Source: Ptychomitrium polyphyllum
Lineage: Eukaryota
Direction of reading: 5' to 3'
NCBI GenBank assembly: GCA_973851085.1
Contig: OZ316775.1
Coordinates: 15,872,001 to 15,936,000 of the forward strand
Length of the DNA stretch: 64,000 bases
The notes under the pieces were generated by a model that saw only the letters and a list, made by a program, of their open reading frames with translations, was not told where the DNA came from and did not search any database. Of this stretch, positions 13,566 to 26,084 are shown one piece after another (the stretch's first letter is position 1; the number at the start of each line of letters is the position of its first letter). A program made the translations under genes and the position numbers.

Positions 13566-16500
13566 TTATGTGGTACATTCAATACAATGCTTTATTGAAC
13601 AACCTTATGCCATGATGAATGATATTAGAACACTATTCTACTTCTCCAAATATTAAACTTTGTGTCCAGCGAAATGTCTGACCAGCGTAAAGGTGTAGGA
13701 TCTTGCTTCTAAAGAATGATATGGCATGCCAAAGCCTTAAGTTCAACTTTTCTTTCCTCTCCACTGGAGAGAATGGGATTTTTGGGCGACTTTTGGTGGG
13801 TACCCAGAGTTGACAGAGTGTCCTGTGCTAGTGTAGTCCTACAGAAACTGACAATGGCAGAGCAGAGCAAAGCGAAGCAAAGCAGGGCCAGCAGCTGCTA
13901 CCCCACATTCGTTGGAAGAAGGTCGGTGGGTAGATGGTGCATTACAAGAGTCTTATTATTCCCTGTTATCCATCGACAAAACTCAGGAATAAGAATAAGT
14001 AAGGAATTTCTCATTGCTTTGAATGCCAGTTGGGGATCATGTTCAAAGGCATGCTTTCGCCTGCAAACACCCAGCATCCTTTGAAGACCCTTCATGAAGA
14101 CCCTCTTCTCAAGATGTGATTGCATTTTCAAGGATACTCTTCTATGCTGTCAAAGTAAGTACCATTGAAGCTTAGTGAAACTGTACACCACCCTCCCTAG
14201 TGCACCTAAGTACACCAATCTTGGTTGTCACATGTATTTTCTTATTTGATTATTAAGTTTTTAAACTTCATTGTGAAGGTGAGTTATTACAACTAATTCT
14301 TGAAGTTGTCATGTGTTGATGTTGTTTGTATATCTTTTTGTTTGAAAGATATAGACACCATAGTCACATAATAGATTATTTTTCACTTCCTTGACAAACA
14401 TTTTTGCATTTTCTAAAAAAGATTTCAAGATAAATGTTTTTAAAAATTGTTTCATTTCCTATGCACGTTTTTTTGGAAACAAAAACCCCTAAAACTTTGC
14501 TGTGTATTATTAAAATAAATTAGTAATGAACATCCAATGTAACTACACAAGGATTTTCAAATTCTTTGATTTTAGTATTAATTCTTGTTCCTAGATGGAA
14601 CATCTTGTCTTATAAAACTCTAACACATTTTTAATAATAAATTCATTAAATTAAAATATGCAATATTTCATTTCCTTCATGACAACTTGTATACTTTCAA
14701 TCTTTTAATAGGCTTTAAAGATCATTTATGAACTATTTATAATTTCCACATATTATAATGGCTTTTAAATACATTAGAAATGAAAAGTTTGTAGAACAAT
14801 TACATGTAAATCAAAGATCTTTATGAAATTATTTTTAGACTTAATTCCTAGATTTTTTTTGGTTTTCCAAGAATTTTTTTTAAAGTGTCCATTCTAGTGC
14901 AAAAAGAAAAACCAAAGAGAAATTTAAAAAATTACATTCAATTACATTTAATTTTCAACCAAACTATTAAAAAATTACGTTGATTTTAGCTAAGTCAATT
15001 GCTCAATTAGAAGACTATTGCACTTCCTTTTTTTGAAGCGTATTTGATAGGATTAGCACATTTTAATTTTTCTTACAATTATAATTTTGCAATATCATAG
15101 CTCAACCCAATTGCCTATTATAAAGAAAACCATTTTAACCATTTGTATATCAAATAGGAGAAACAAGAAAATGATGTAGCATGTTTTAAAACTTTCACAT
15201 GTTTCTTTAGCAAATTCAAATGCCTTACAAAATCCTTTATCAACTAAAAGATTTATATTTTTTTTAAAATAAAAATTAAAGAAAAACCTCTAATTTTTCC
15301 ATCCAAAAATGTGATAGATGGTGCTAATTTATGTGCAAAATCTGGGGTCATATTAAATCAAATAAAAGATGTATCATTTTTAATTTTAATTTTTTTAATT
15401 TTTTTTTTTTTGTATGTATATATAGGTGTATGTATCAAAATTTCTTCACCATCACCATATATTCTATTCAATTGTTAATTTCAAGTAGAGAAACGGAGAA
15501 ATTCTAATTAAAAACAACAAACCTTACAAGACCATCAATTTTTTTTGCTTCCATTGAGAGACTTCCATAATCCTTTGTCATTCATAAATTACCATGTTGT
15601 ACCATATTCATGGTTTGTAAAAAAATCAAACCAAATAAAAACATATTACTACATCATAGTTGGAATAAGATAATAGAAATTATTCTTGTCATTATAAGCT
15701 AATTAACATATATGAGACAACAATTGTAGGATATTTAAAACAAAATTACACTAATCAAATCTTAGGATTTGGAATTCAAATCCATAAATATAATATATTT
15801 TTTGCACTTCATGTGAATTTCTAAAGAATTTTTGAACTTAACTACCGTAAATTCCCACATAAATTAATAGATGAATTCATCCAAAGTTGAGAATGCATCC
15901 ATAATTGCCATATGTAAAATATACAATCACTATATATTTAATTGCTTCAAAAGTACCAAGTATCTCTATCAAAATGATGCACATGAGTGATTATACAAGG
16001 GACTAAAAAAAGCCCATCACTATTAGAAATGCCCCTAACTTAAGTTATTGTTTTACATCCTAAGATCAAATCTCAAATTCTCTTCTACATTGGCACACTA
16101 AAAGTATTGTTTAGAATTGTTGACACTGTCTCAACAATGATGACACGTGGCTCAACAAATATGACCAATATGACTCTATTTCTCACCATGTTTCATGAAA
16201 TATGTTATTCCTCTCAAACTAAATCACACTTTCAAATGCACCTGATTTCAAGCAACAAATTATTACCAAGCCAGTAGTGAAGTACACCAGGTCTGCCACC
16301 TCAGAAATTCAGTCATAAAAAACTGTTTTGCATGCCTAATTAGTAGTGCCCACCATGTGGTGTAACAGGTATAGCACGCACAGCTGACATTTTCAAACTT
16401 CTGAAAGGAGTGTATTTATGTTACCTGGTCAACTCGTCCCAGGCTTATCTGATTTTAAGGGTCACTTCAAGCTTAATGCCAACGATTCAAAAGAAGGCGT

Positions 16501-16756
16501 GTGCATACAGTAGTAAGTTATGACCCATTCCACTTCCTTATCGGCTTAACGAAATCTGGTAGAGTAAACACGATACACAGATTGTGAACAATATTTGGTA
16601 ATTTATAACTTGCCGAGAGAAATCAGTAAAGTGGGCTTATCCGCTTTATGCATGGCGCATTGAACCTGCATTGCACTACCGTAATCAACCTCTGCAACCG
16701 AAGGAATGGCATATTCCAAATACTAAAGCTTGAAGTAGCATGTAAGCATTCCCACC

Positions 16757-19700
16757 TCAGAGTTCAAGGAGAGACTTGATTGTCCGGAAGCCATGATTTA
16801 AAGGTAATGGTGCATTTCCAGGACGTAGCAGGAGTACCGCTTGCAGACCTGAAATAGCAGAATAAGGGGACATTAGTGTGATACACAATTGGCATCAATG
16901 ACTTAAGAAGAGGGCGTTAAGACTAGTACAAATCAAAGACATTTTCTAAGCTTGAAAGGGTTATACTTTAACATAGGTAGCAAGCAACGCGACCACAAAC
17001 TCATTAGTAGGTGCTAAGAGGAAGGAAAAAGCTTTAGATCAGTAGAAAGGGACCTGCTTCCTTCGCAGCTATGGCTTCAGCAAGCACGTCGGTGGCAAAT
17101 GTTATGCAACTAGGGTGATCAGCTCCAACTGTAAGGTAAATTTCTTTATAACTCCTTGGCTCTCTCTTGTTTCTGAGCAAAAAAAATAAGGTATTCAGCA
17201 AGTTATAATTTCATCAGAAAATAATTCACAACCAAGATCGTAGACCATTTGGTCCCGACCCTGAACCTTTGAACTGCTACATTCTAGATAGTTGTGTGCT
17301 TACAAACTTTCCCAAAAAGCACATAAGAAAAACATCACGAAAATAAGTGGGTATACATGAATGAATAAGAAACCAAGTGACAACTATTACGAAGTTTTGA
17401 TGTTGAAGAACATACCCAATAGTGGTGTCAAAGAATCCAGACAAGTAGACCCGAAGGTCACCAAAGTTTGTATTTCCAAAAATAAGCTTTTGAGCCTCTC
17501 GGCTACCACTAGAGTATATGTATGTTTTAATGCCCCGTGCGTGCCACTCTGCCAGTGCCTCAGGAACATCATCAAAAACCACACCTTTCAACTCGCCATT
17601 TTCATATCCAACTCTCCAAATATGACCCTGCGGCAACAATATAAACAAGGAGTCAACATCAAAATGATTAAAGTCATGAGCACCAACCCAATAGCATCAG
17701 GGATCCTAAACATCCATAATTGATGAAGCAAAGCGAAGACAATTACAATACTAAGTTCGACCCGCACCTGCACTTCCTTCAGCGCAGTTACTTTTCGGTC
17801 AGCTATAATCATAGCCTGCACGTTCTTCTCAAGGGCTGCGATCACAGCATCTATGCCTGCACACTCAGCTGGTATTTGTGTAGCTCCCAGCACTTGGTTT
17901 CTCAAATCCTCATGCACCTGTAACCAAGGTTGCAATATCAGTAAAGCTAAGCAGCAAGACGAGTAACTTTGCCAAGCAAAATATCTACAAATGTGTGGTT
18001 TTATGTATGGTGCAATGTGCAAAGTTCCACCAACCTGGTCACGAAGCAGTCGAATGTCGTTGACTGTTTCAATACTGTTGTATGTGGATCTCAAGAAACT
18101 CCCGACATTCTCTTTCGCATACGGGAATAATACTTCCGTCACGAACGAGATAGGTGTTGTGGTGCCCTCGATGTCCAGCACAAACACATGCTGCAATCCA
18201 GTTACTCCACCTAAGCCACGGTTTTCGAAGAATAGCAATGTGCTCGATTCAGCAAGTAAAGAACACAAACACCCACTTCAAAAATTGAAGCCTTAAAATT
18301 ACAGAATCATGCACAGGAACTTCGCAACATAGACTCTAATATGCTGTATAAGTTACCTTCGAGCTAGCACCCTTGCTTGCGGAAGCTAGAGGAAGGGCCT
18401 GTGTTCTTGTAAGAAACCCATGTTTACTATCAGCTGGATCAAGGCCTAGTTGGTGAAGCTTCAAGGCAGCGTCGAAAAGGTAGTGGTAGCACTCTGCCTT
18501 TACAGGAATCACACCCAGCACAGTTTTAGGGATAAAGGTTTGGATTCCTTTTTTTATGGATAACCCAATTCTCAGAGGAGCAGATCTGGTACTACATCTT
18601 AAAGGTCATCAAAATCCTCTTACTATTCTGTACCGTTACTAACAGAGACCAAACACCTGCTTGCAATTCAATGTACGCATCACCAGCGACTGCACTAGGA
18701 CTAAAGTTTGCATAGTACCTGGGTTTTAGCGCTGATCCAAGAATCTCCCCAGATGTATATGCCGTGGTTTCTCACGAGGACTGCGGTTGCCTTTGGATAT
18801 GCTTCCATCTGAAATTGATAAGGGTCCGAGCTCAGGCTTACTGCTCGTAAATTCAGTTCCAAAACGTAGATCATTGACAAAATATCAAATATGTACAGTT
18901 ACACTTTCGAGAAAGAAAAACCTATCGTACAATCTACTCATACTCGAAACAAAAAGTTGAAACACAAGCATTGAGCTTCTTCAGATTTAACAGGAGTGCA
19001 GATGCTGGAAAAGGGACTTACAGCTGCAGCTAAAGAATCAGTAAGCTCATATTCACGAGCCGAATTCTCGATAATAGGAACAACAAGCTCGTCATAGTAT
19101 CCGTGCCCAGCAATGCCCTTGATCATCTCCATATGCGTGATCTGTACCCAAAGATTCTACAAATGGTCAGAATCCTGTATTATAAAATAGTCAATTACAC
19201 TTTTAGAGACGCATGGTAAAGACCAAAATATGTAACTAAGAGTTGATCCATCTTCCCACAAATATTCTTTGGTAGACAACGGTACCTACGATAGCTGAAT
19301 ACAAGTCGTAAATAGGCACCCAATTGCCCAATGAGTTTTTCAAGAAGTAAGAAGTGCACTTCTGAGCAAGACAGTCAACAATATGATGCCTACCCGAAAT
19401 TCTTTGGCCGTAGGATTGATCATGGTAGCAAGACATGATTCCAATCCATGGCTGTGGATGACAGCCCCAGCGTTTCGCATTTGGTACGCCTGCACCACCG
19501 AAAGAGATCCACATTAACATTTATTAGTTTAAAGCTCCATATTTACACATAGAAAATTGAAGTAGCATTTGAAGTAATGACAACGAGGGAGAGCAAACTA
19601 GACCTTGAGAAAGAGAGGGCAGCACTCTGAACACTTAGGAGGTTTGTGAGGTGGTCCCCTGACAGAAGGAGCTGATAGCACAGTCCCATCTGAACTCATC

Positions 19701-20532
19701 ACATACATGTCTTCGGGCAACATTCTTTCCTTCTGCACACCTGCGCATCGACACAACCCGGAACCGTTACACTACACAAGCTAGTAATTAATGATCAGCA
19801 TGCGACACAAGTGGGAACTATTCCATCTATATTATCAGAACATATTCTGCAATTTTAGGTGCACGCTGTTCCAACAAGACCGCCAAATTCGAAATAAAAT
19901 TTCACCAAAGAGGACCACTAGACGATATTCTCAGAGTTCAATCAAGAAACAGAACTAGACTAAGCGTGAAAGAGGTAAACTCGAGGTTTAGAAAGGCTAG
20001 AATGAGTATTGAAAACTAGTCATGAAGCATGATTGGCTTACTATAATCAGAGGACATAGCATTCTTTCTTTGCATCAAAGAATAGGAATCAATACGCATC
20101 ATTCCGTTGACTATAGAGGCTCTAGAATATTATGAAGAATGCGAGTAAACGACTTTCGCACAGGAACAACTGAACACCAAAAGAACACAGTCTCGACATC
20201 ATTACAAACAGAGGGAATTGATGCATAATTTCCAACCTTAATCGCGCGAAACGTAAGCAATAGCGTGAAGAATAATCATCGATTTTACATAATGCTGGGG
20301 ATTGACAAGAGACAATCTCACCTGAAGGAGCCATAACAATGAGACGCTCCTGCACATCCACATCGGGCTCCAACACCTTCAAGGTAATGCTCCCCCCGGT
20401 ACCCGACACCCACCCCTGATTGTAGAAATGCTTGCACAACTCCGCGGCCAACTCCTTGGCCTCCCCGACCTTGGCCGACCCAATCTTCTCCGCCGCCACC
20501 ACCGCACTGCCTCCGTCCTTCTCAAATCCCAT
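16757..20532 (-). CDS. DEP1: Bifunctional methylthioribulose-1-phosphate dehydratase / enolase-phosphatase E1 (methionine salvage, Yang cycle), 507 aa. Exons: 20532-20322, 19740-19604, 19489-19394, 19141-19022, 18808-18719, 18497-18357, 18190-18035, 17917-17768, 17627-17416, 17172-17054, 16848-16757
   Basis: MtnB motifs [39 protein letters not shown] and AECYHYLF, plus MtnC HAD motifs [14 protein letters not shown] and [11 protein letters not shown]. The 11 exons total 1524 nt in frame, all GT-AG. Confidence 0.96.
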
Positions 20533-22625
20533 CGCTCTCCGCCTCCTCCTATCAAACCCACCTCCCCTTCTCGGCCCTAAGTCCGGTACGGCAACGCCAA
20601 CACCGGATTTTCTCACACCTAGAGTCAGAAACAAAGACACAAGGTGAAGAAGTCTCGAAGAGAGAAGCCAACATGTAAGCAGCCTCGCATGCGAGAATAA
20701 AAGCAACCTGATTGATGATCCACGGATTGATGATCCCTGAAAATGATAGCAGCGTTGACGATTCTCTCTCGCAGAACAAAGACTTTCGGACCTTTTTGCA
20801 TATGGGTTAGTAGCTCGTGGAATAGAAGCATGTACCTGGACACAGAAGAGCATCTCCCCAGCTCGCATATGCAGATTCGGCAAACGGTCGTCCCAGGAAA
20901 ACTCGAGCACTTCCTCCTCCTTGAAAGCTGTGGCAGCCTCGCAGCAGAGTCCCTTCCAAGGCCATGGCCTTGGCTTTGGGATTGGCTGCAGTGGAAACAG
21001 AGCTTAAGGTTTTAGTAGGTCAGAACTGTCGACTTGCTATTTCACACTGGCCACAAAGAGACTAATAGAAGCCATTAAGTGCTCCATTACAGTACTGCTG
21101 TACTGAGCCTTTGTGAAAAACAGGGGCCTAACTTGTCGAGAATGTATGTTCTTATGTTTTGTAAAAGCTGCAAATACCAGGTGAGAAGTGCTGGAGATGT
21201 GGTTGAGGGTGTCTTCATGCTGGACGAAGTACGGTAGGTGTGGTATACAGAAAGGGAGGAAGACGATTGAATGTGAGTACAGAGCTTGTGCATACCGTTG
21301 GATCATGTTTCTTGCTATTTCTGGTTGTGGGCTTCCTCAGCTCATTGTGTTGCAGTGACTAGGGACCCTGAGAATGAAGCTCCTGTGTGTGTTTTACATG
21401 ATGCATTGGAGCAGGTAAGGACGGATGTTATTTCAAAGCAATTGTAGTTGTTGAGAAGGAAGAACCTTTTGTTTGGTTTATATTAGGGAAGAGGTTTGAT
21501 ATTAAACTTGTGAGTGCTATTCCATCATCACGTAAGAGCACCAATAATGCCAAACTGGTGAGTTAGAGACCTCTCTGTTATTATCCAAAGTTAACCACAA
21601 GAACTATTGGATGCCCATGGTATATGTTTTCATGAGCACCACAGATGCAGCCAAAGATTCAGCAAGAGGTGAATATTAAAGTAGTAACAGCTTGTGCACC
21701 ATGTAAGGTGGAACACGAACTGGTGACTGTAAATCATGACTCTTCCTAACAACACCACAACAGAATGCAAAGGACCACACTTGATGAAAATTTTGTTTTG
21801 CTACAACATATTTCTATTGTTCTATATAGGTGGTCTATTTACACTAAAGTGGAAATTTGCCCTTGTTCTTAGCAATCTGCCAAAGCTGTACCAGAAATCC
21901 AATCGAGTTTGTATATTGATTTTTGACCTTTAACGAACACCATTATTCAAATTAAAAGGAAAGATACTTTAATCGTTTCTTTTATTTATCTCACAACAGG
22001 ATAGATCCCTCTACAATATTCTTCCAAGTTATTACCTCCATCGTATTCAAAAAAATCCATTTACGTCACTATGAGAATGAAGTGAAATTGTTGGTCACAG
22101 CATCCACCTGTAAGCTGCAAGTAACATTAGTATCCTGGATTCCAAACAAAAGAAAACTCCACGTATCAGAACAAGGTTCGCCAGACAAAAGGAAACTCTA
22201 CATGTTAGAATAAGGTTCACTTAATATACATGCACAGTACATAATGTAGTACTAAACATCCATGTGCCACAGACAGAGTCGTTTGTTAGCAACCCAATTG
22301 CCCATGTATTGAGGAAAGAGTGGCAACCTCCTAAAATTGTCAAATCAGAGAGACCGACGTTCTTCTTTAAACACCCGTAACCAGGGCTCACTTTGACAAG
22401 ATTCAAAACACCCACATAAGAGCTGAACTTTGTATAGGTCCTCATACGCAGTGCCAACTTATGAACTAACATGTGGTACCACAACAGGAGTATGGGTTGA
22501 GAAAATCGAAACATAGACCTTGTCAATTGTAGGGATTCTGTCACGTTCCGTTCCCCGTGAACGGAGTCTAGACATTTCATATCTGATTAGTTGATTGCAG
22601 TTAATCTAAATGATTGTTTCTAAAA

Positions 22626-22699
22626 TCCATCCCAAGGGAATTGAACCCTTCTAACCATATCATGAGAAAGTGGTTAGTGTTGCCTGTCAACATGGATGG
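22626..22699 (-). ncRNA. tRNA-like cloverleaf A (mascRNA-type four-way junction; not a canonical tRNA)
   Basis: Minus strand reads CCAUCCA | UGUUG-ACAGG-CAACA | CUAACCA-CUUUCUCAUGAUA-UGGUUAG | AAGGG-UUCAAUU-CCCUU | GGGAUGG | A. Confidence 0.8.
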
Positions 22700-24817
22700 T
22701 TTATAGAGTACTGCTACAAGATACTTGCACAATACATTGCTTCATTCTTACCATTTCCATTAAAAGTGTTGAATATATCAACCGTCTTCAGGGAAAATCT
22801 CAATGCATGTTTGGTCCACATCGAAAGACCAAATATCTCGATTTGTTTAAGCCAACAGGTCATAGAGATAGAACATGTAAAATAATCTCCATTCATAATG
22901 AACCATAGATCTGATCAAACAGATGACGCCTAAAGCCCAACGCCTCAAATTTGTAAACTACATAATAGTGAAGAGCACCATTCACTTACAACTATATATA
23001 ACAAGAAATAAACTTGGACAGGATTCTCTTTTACGAACACCCATCCCTGTCAAAAATGAACAAGAATAACTCTTAGAATGATCCAAGCTTTAGACTCTAC
23101 CACCCCAATTAGAGGATAATGCGAGACTTGTATAATGTTAACGCAGGCTACCTACTACATACTTAAAACAGAAGCAACGAGAAACACGATAAATAAGAGG
23201 TCAACGGATGACAATAACAAGATAAACAGGAAACTGTGAAAGAGAAAGCAACTCAATTTTTAAATACCTACTACTTCGAAAAACAAGCCAATTCTTTACA
23301 TGTAGTTCTGAGCTGATCAAAACTAGTGTCCTTTCGGATGGAACAACTAACAATATCCGAAGAACATTTTGGAATGACAATTGAATATTGAACTCAGTTA
23401 TCTTTCATTTCTGTTTACAAAAGTCCACCAATGTAACAATCGTTGGGGCATAACGAGGATACTCTTCCGTTCTGAAGACGCAACCGCAGAAGATTGCACA
23501 TGTCACTGCCTCTAAAACGAATCCACCACGGCGCTCAGTACACAGTGAAAACTCGTCCAAAAACTCCACTACTGAAGAACACCAATTGATACTCCAGTAC
23601 ACCCGCTCCAGGCTGCCAAATTAAACGTCTCCAGCTGATTTCAGTCGGCAGGTTCCTAACTCAGCATCCCCATGGACCTGAGCAGTCTAGCTTCAAATAC
23701 TACTATCTACCAACCAGAACAATTCCTAGAAACTATGTTCAAAGCATTATAAACCCCAACAAGATGAGCATACATTTCAACGCAACTGAACAGACCTCTC
23801 AACTACCTACAAAAATGTCAATACAAGGTTCGCTAAGCTCTGTTCTAATCGTGTTGTAACTAAAAGGAAATTTTCTAATATTTCTTATATATAAATATTA
23901 ATACAAAAATATATGGACATAGTGAGCCTCAACTGAGGTAGATGCAGAGAATATATAATCGAGTCCAATTGAATCAGACGTCTTCGTGAAAGTATATATA
24001 AACAATCGACGAGACAGCAGACGACTTCACAGTCCAAATTTGAATGTGCAGTGTCTCCACGATGTAAACTGATAGTGTGATGCTCAAGTGGATGAGAGGT
24101 GTTCAAAATGAAATGGTGTCTACACAATAAGAAAAATTCTAGGAAAATAGACGAAACTTTCATAAAAACATGCGAGTTCCTTTCCGGGATTGACGAGACT
24201 AATCGTGCACGAAGGACTTAATAGAAATCGCTTACAAATGAGGATAGATCTACTAACTACTTAGAGAAAAGGAAGGTGTTTGGATGAAGATTCAAAAAAA
24301 AAGGAGGGAGGACCAATGAAATGACCTACGTAACCTAGAAAATGCAGAAACTTACAAGCAATTGAAATCCAACCAACATTACAGTTGAGGTTGAGACACA
24401 ACTACCTTAAGTTGTTGACGACAAATCGGTGTGTGCTGGACTCGGTGGACGGTCATTGCTAGCAGTAGTAGTAGGCCCCTTGATATGAAGAAAGAATGCA
24501 TCCACCCACACAAAAACTCTTAACAAAGAGCGATGGGGGACATTACCATCAGATATTGTAGAAAGACAGGGAAATTGCCAGTCTCTCACCCGTCAGCATA
24601 CCATGGCTTTCATCCAACCAAAATAAAATGATGATACGTGGTCAGGGACTGTTTGAATCTCCTGCACCGTCTCAAGATTATTCGACGGAAATTCCTAACA
24701 GGGTAAAATTCGATAAGTAGCATGTGCCATTTGATAGTGTTGGTTGAGAATGCTGATGGTACAAGAGCTTCTATCTCCACCTTAGATCTCCACATCCACG
24801 CAACAACACTCCAAATG

Positions 24818-25118
24818 CTTCACCAACATGATCTGAGACCTCAAGTCGGTGTCCGTATGAGTTCTACAAGCAGTACCAAAAAATGACGTCGCATGATAGC
24901 CAGATTACCACACCCAAGAGAGGTTAGCGACACAAACACCACATACGACCAACACAACACAAGCGGGAGGATCAATCCTCCCTGCACCACGTAACATATT
25001 TTTTATTAAGAGTAAGACCCGCCCCGTAAGCGCACCCATAAGGGCAAGGTCTCGCGACACAACAATCAGCCTGGTAACTTTCAGTTCAACCATGGCTAGA
25101 CTGCGGCCGTCAACTCTT
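24818..25118 (-). ncRNA. Conserved structured RNA domain A, with core hairpin at 25014-25053 and a second hairpin at 24963-24985
   Basis: Aligns with 32382-32700. Core GAGACCUUGCCCUUAUGGGUGCGCUUACGGGGCGGGUCUU folds into a stem with compensatory changes relative to copy B. Confidence 0.75.
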
Positions 25119-25840
25119 TAAACCATCATCATCCTCAACGCAACATGTCGAATGCGTAAATAACCGCCGCTGCAACTATCCCGAATAGTGACTCCTTGTT
25201 GAACATCGTAAGCCGCTTAAATCTCTGCTTCAAACCTAACAATACAAGAACATAACCATTTGTTACATTATCTCCCCGACAATCGAGCTTATAGCCGCTG
25301 AACCAGAAAGGAACCCAAGCACAACTTTTCAAACTTAGATTATGAGAACGAAGGAGAAAAACCTCACCGAAAACTCCGGTTCAAGCGCCAAGAACCAAAA
25401 CCGCAAGTCAGTCGCCACAGACGAAACTCCATCATCCTAAAAAACAGCAACTAAGCTCCTCGAGCACCATGCGTCGTCATGACGGACAATCGAACTTCTG
25501 CTCTCTCAAGCGCGCCGTCCACCTTAACCACCATCTCCTCCGCGCTCCCTTCCTTTCCAAACCTCCCGCCAAGGTACCTCCGCAACAGAGAGTTCATCGT
25601 CACCCTGTAAACCACGTCCGGCTCCCTGCCACGAACGCACTCCGCAAAACCACGCCATACACACAACCACGCCTCCCGATTGCAGCACTAACTCCATCGA
25701 ACGCTCGTTCAAGCACACCATGCAGCGCATAATCGCACAACCTCAGCTTAAGTTAGCCAAACTAGTGCCGTTCTCTGCACGTCTTCCACTTGCCAGAATC
25801 TATGCCTCGGACGTCGACAGCTGTGATCGCAACGGCAGGC

Positions 25841-26084
25841 CTAGGGTTGTCGGAAGCAAAGAAGCCGTGCAGGGAACGACAAGGAAGTGGTCAAGCGGAG
25901 AGCTCAAGACGGAGGTGCTTCGGGAGAGACGACCCTATGGCCGCCTCTTCGCTTGACAGCCGTCGGTTTAAAGGCCACGGATTTGAGGTTCGACATAGAG
26001 ACCGTAGATGTGCGAACTTCTGGAACCTTCCACAGCCCACGCGTCTGAAGGCGGCTGCGTATCGACCGTAGATGGATGGACGGT
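25841..26084 (-). promoter_or_regulatory. Putative promoter/5' region of locus A
   Basis: Telo-box-like AACCCTAG (25841-25848) and ACCGTAGAT at 26001 and 26065; the same motif types occur upstream of locus B. Confidence 0.4.

Larger units (their letters stand above)
22036..25940 (-). ncRNA. Putative spliced lncRNA locus A, CR20/GUT15-like; boundaries approximate
   Basis: No credible long ORF; GC-rich 5' region near 25.5-26.1 kb; candidate splice sites (donors at 25367 and 22751, acceptor at ~22108); conserved structured domain and tRNA-like element shared with locus B. Confidence 0.6.

Noticed and set aside
10973..14131. Short ORFs in GC-richer islands (10973-11333, 13716-14131)
   Set aside because: No recognisable family or consistent exon chain; probably repeat-derived or decayed sequence.
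22626..22699. Functional tRNA-Met gene (CAU in the loop)
   Set aside because: No positions 8-9 linker, no variable loop, no proper A box, a 13-nt loop on a 7-bp stem, and the loop is not conserved in copy B.
22700..22800. MALAT1-type U-A.U triple helix upstream of the cloverleaf
   Set aside because: Neither locus has a long A-rich tract with two U-rich motifs; only CTCTA(T)AA precedes the cloverleaf.
23682..23691. Perfect 10-nt complement of the conserved GCAGUCUAGC (25095-25104)
   Set aside because: No convincing counterpart in locus B, so chance cannot be excluded.
24905..25093. Conserved 62-aa micropeptide: both loci have a 62-codon ORF from GCCATGG (B: 32675-32487) with aligned stop codons
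   Set aside because: In codons 8-31 there are 6 non-synonymous and 2 synonymous changes, several matching stem covariation, and the middle section is frameshifted between copies. This fits RNA-level constraint. Ribosome profiling could reopen it.
25066..25132. Box C/D snoRNA (ATGATGA...CTGA on the minus strand)
   Set aside because: The C box is not kept in paralog B (ATTGTGA), conservation continues well past the D box, and I recognised no rRNA guide.
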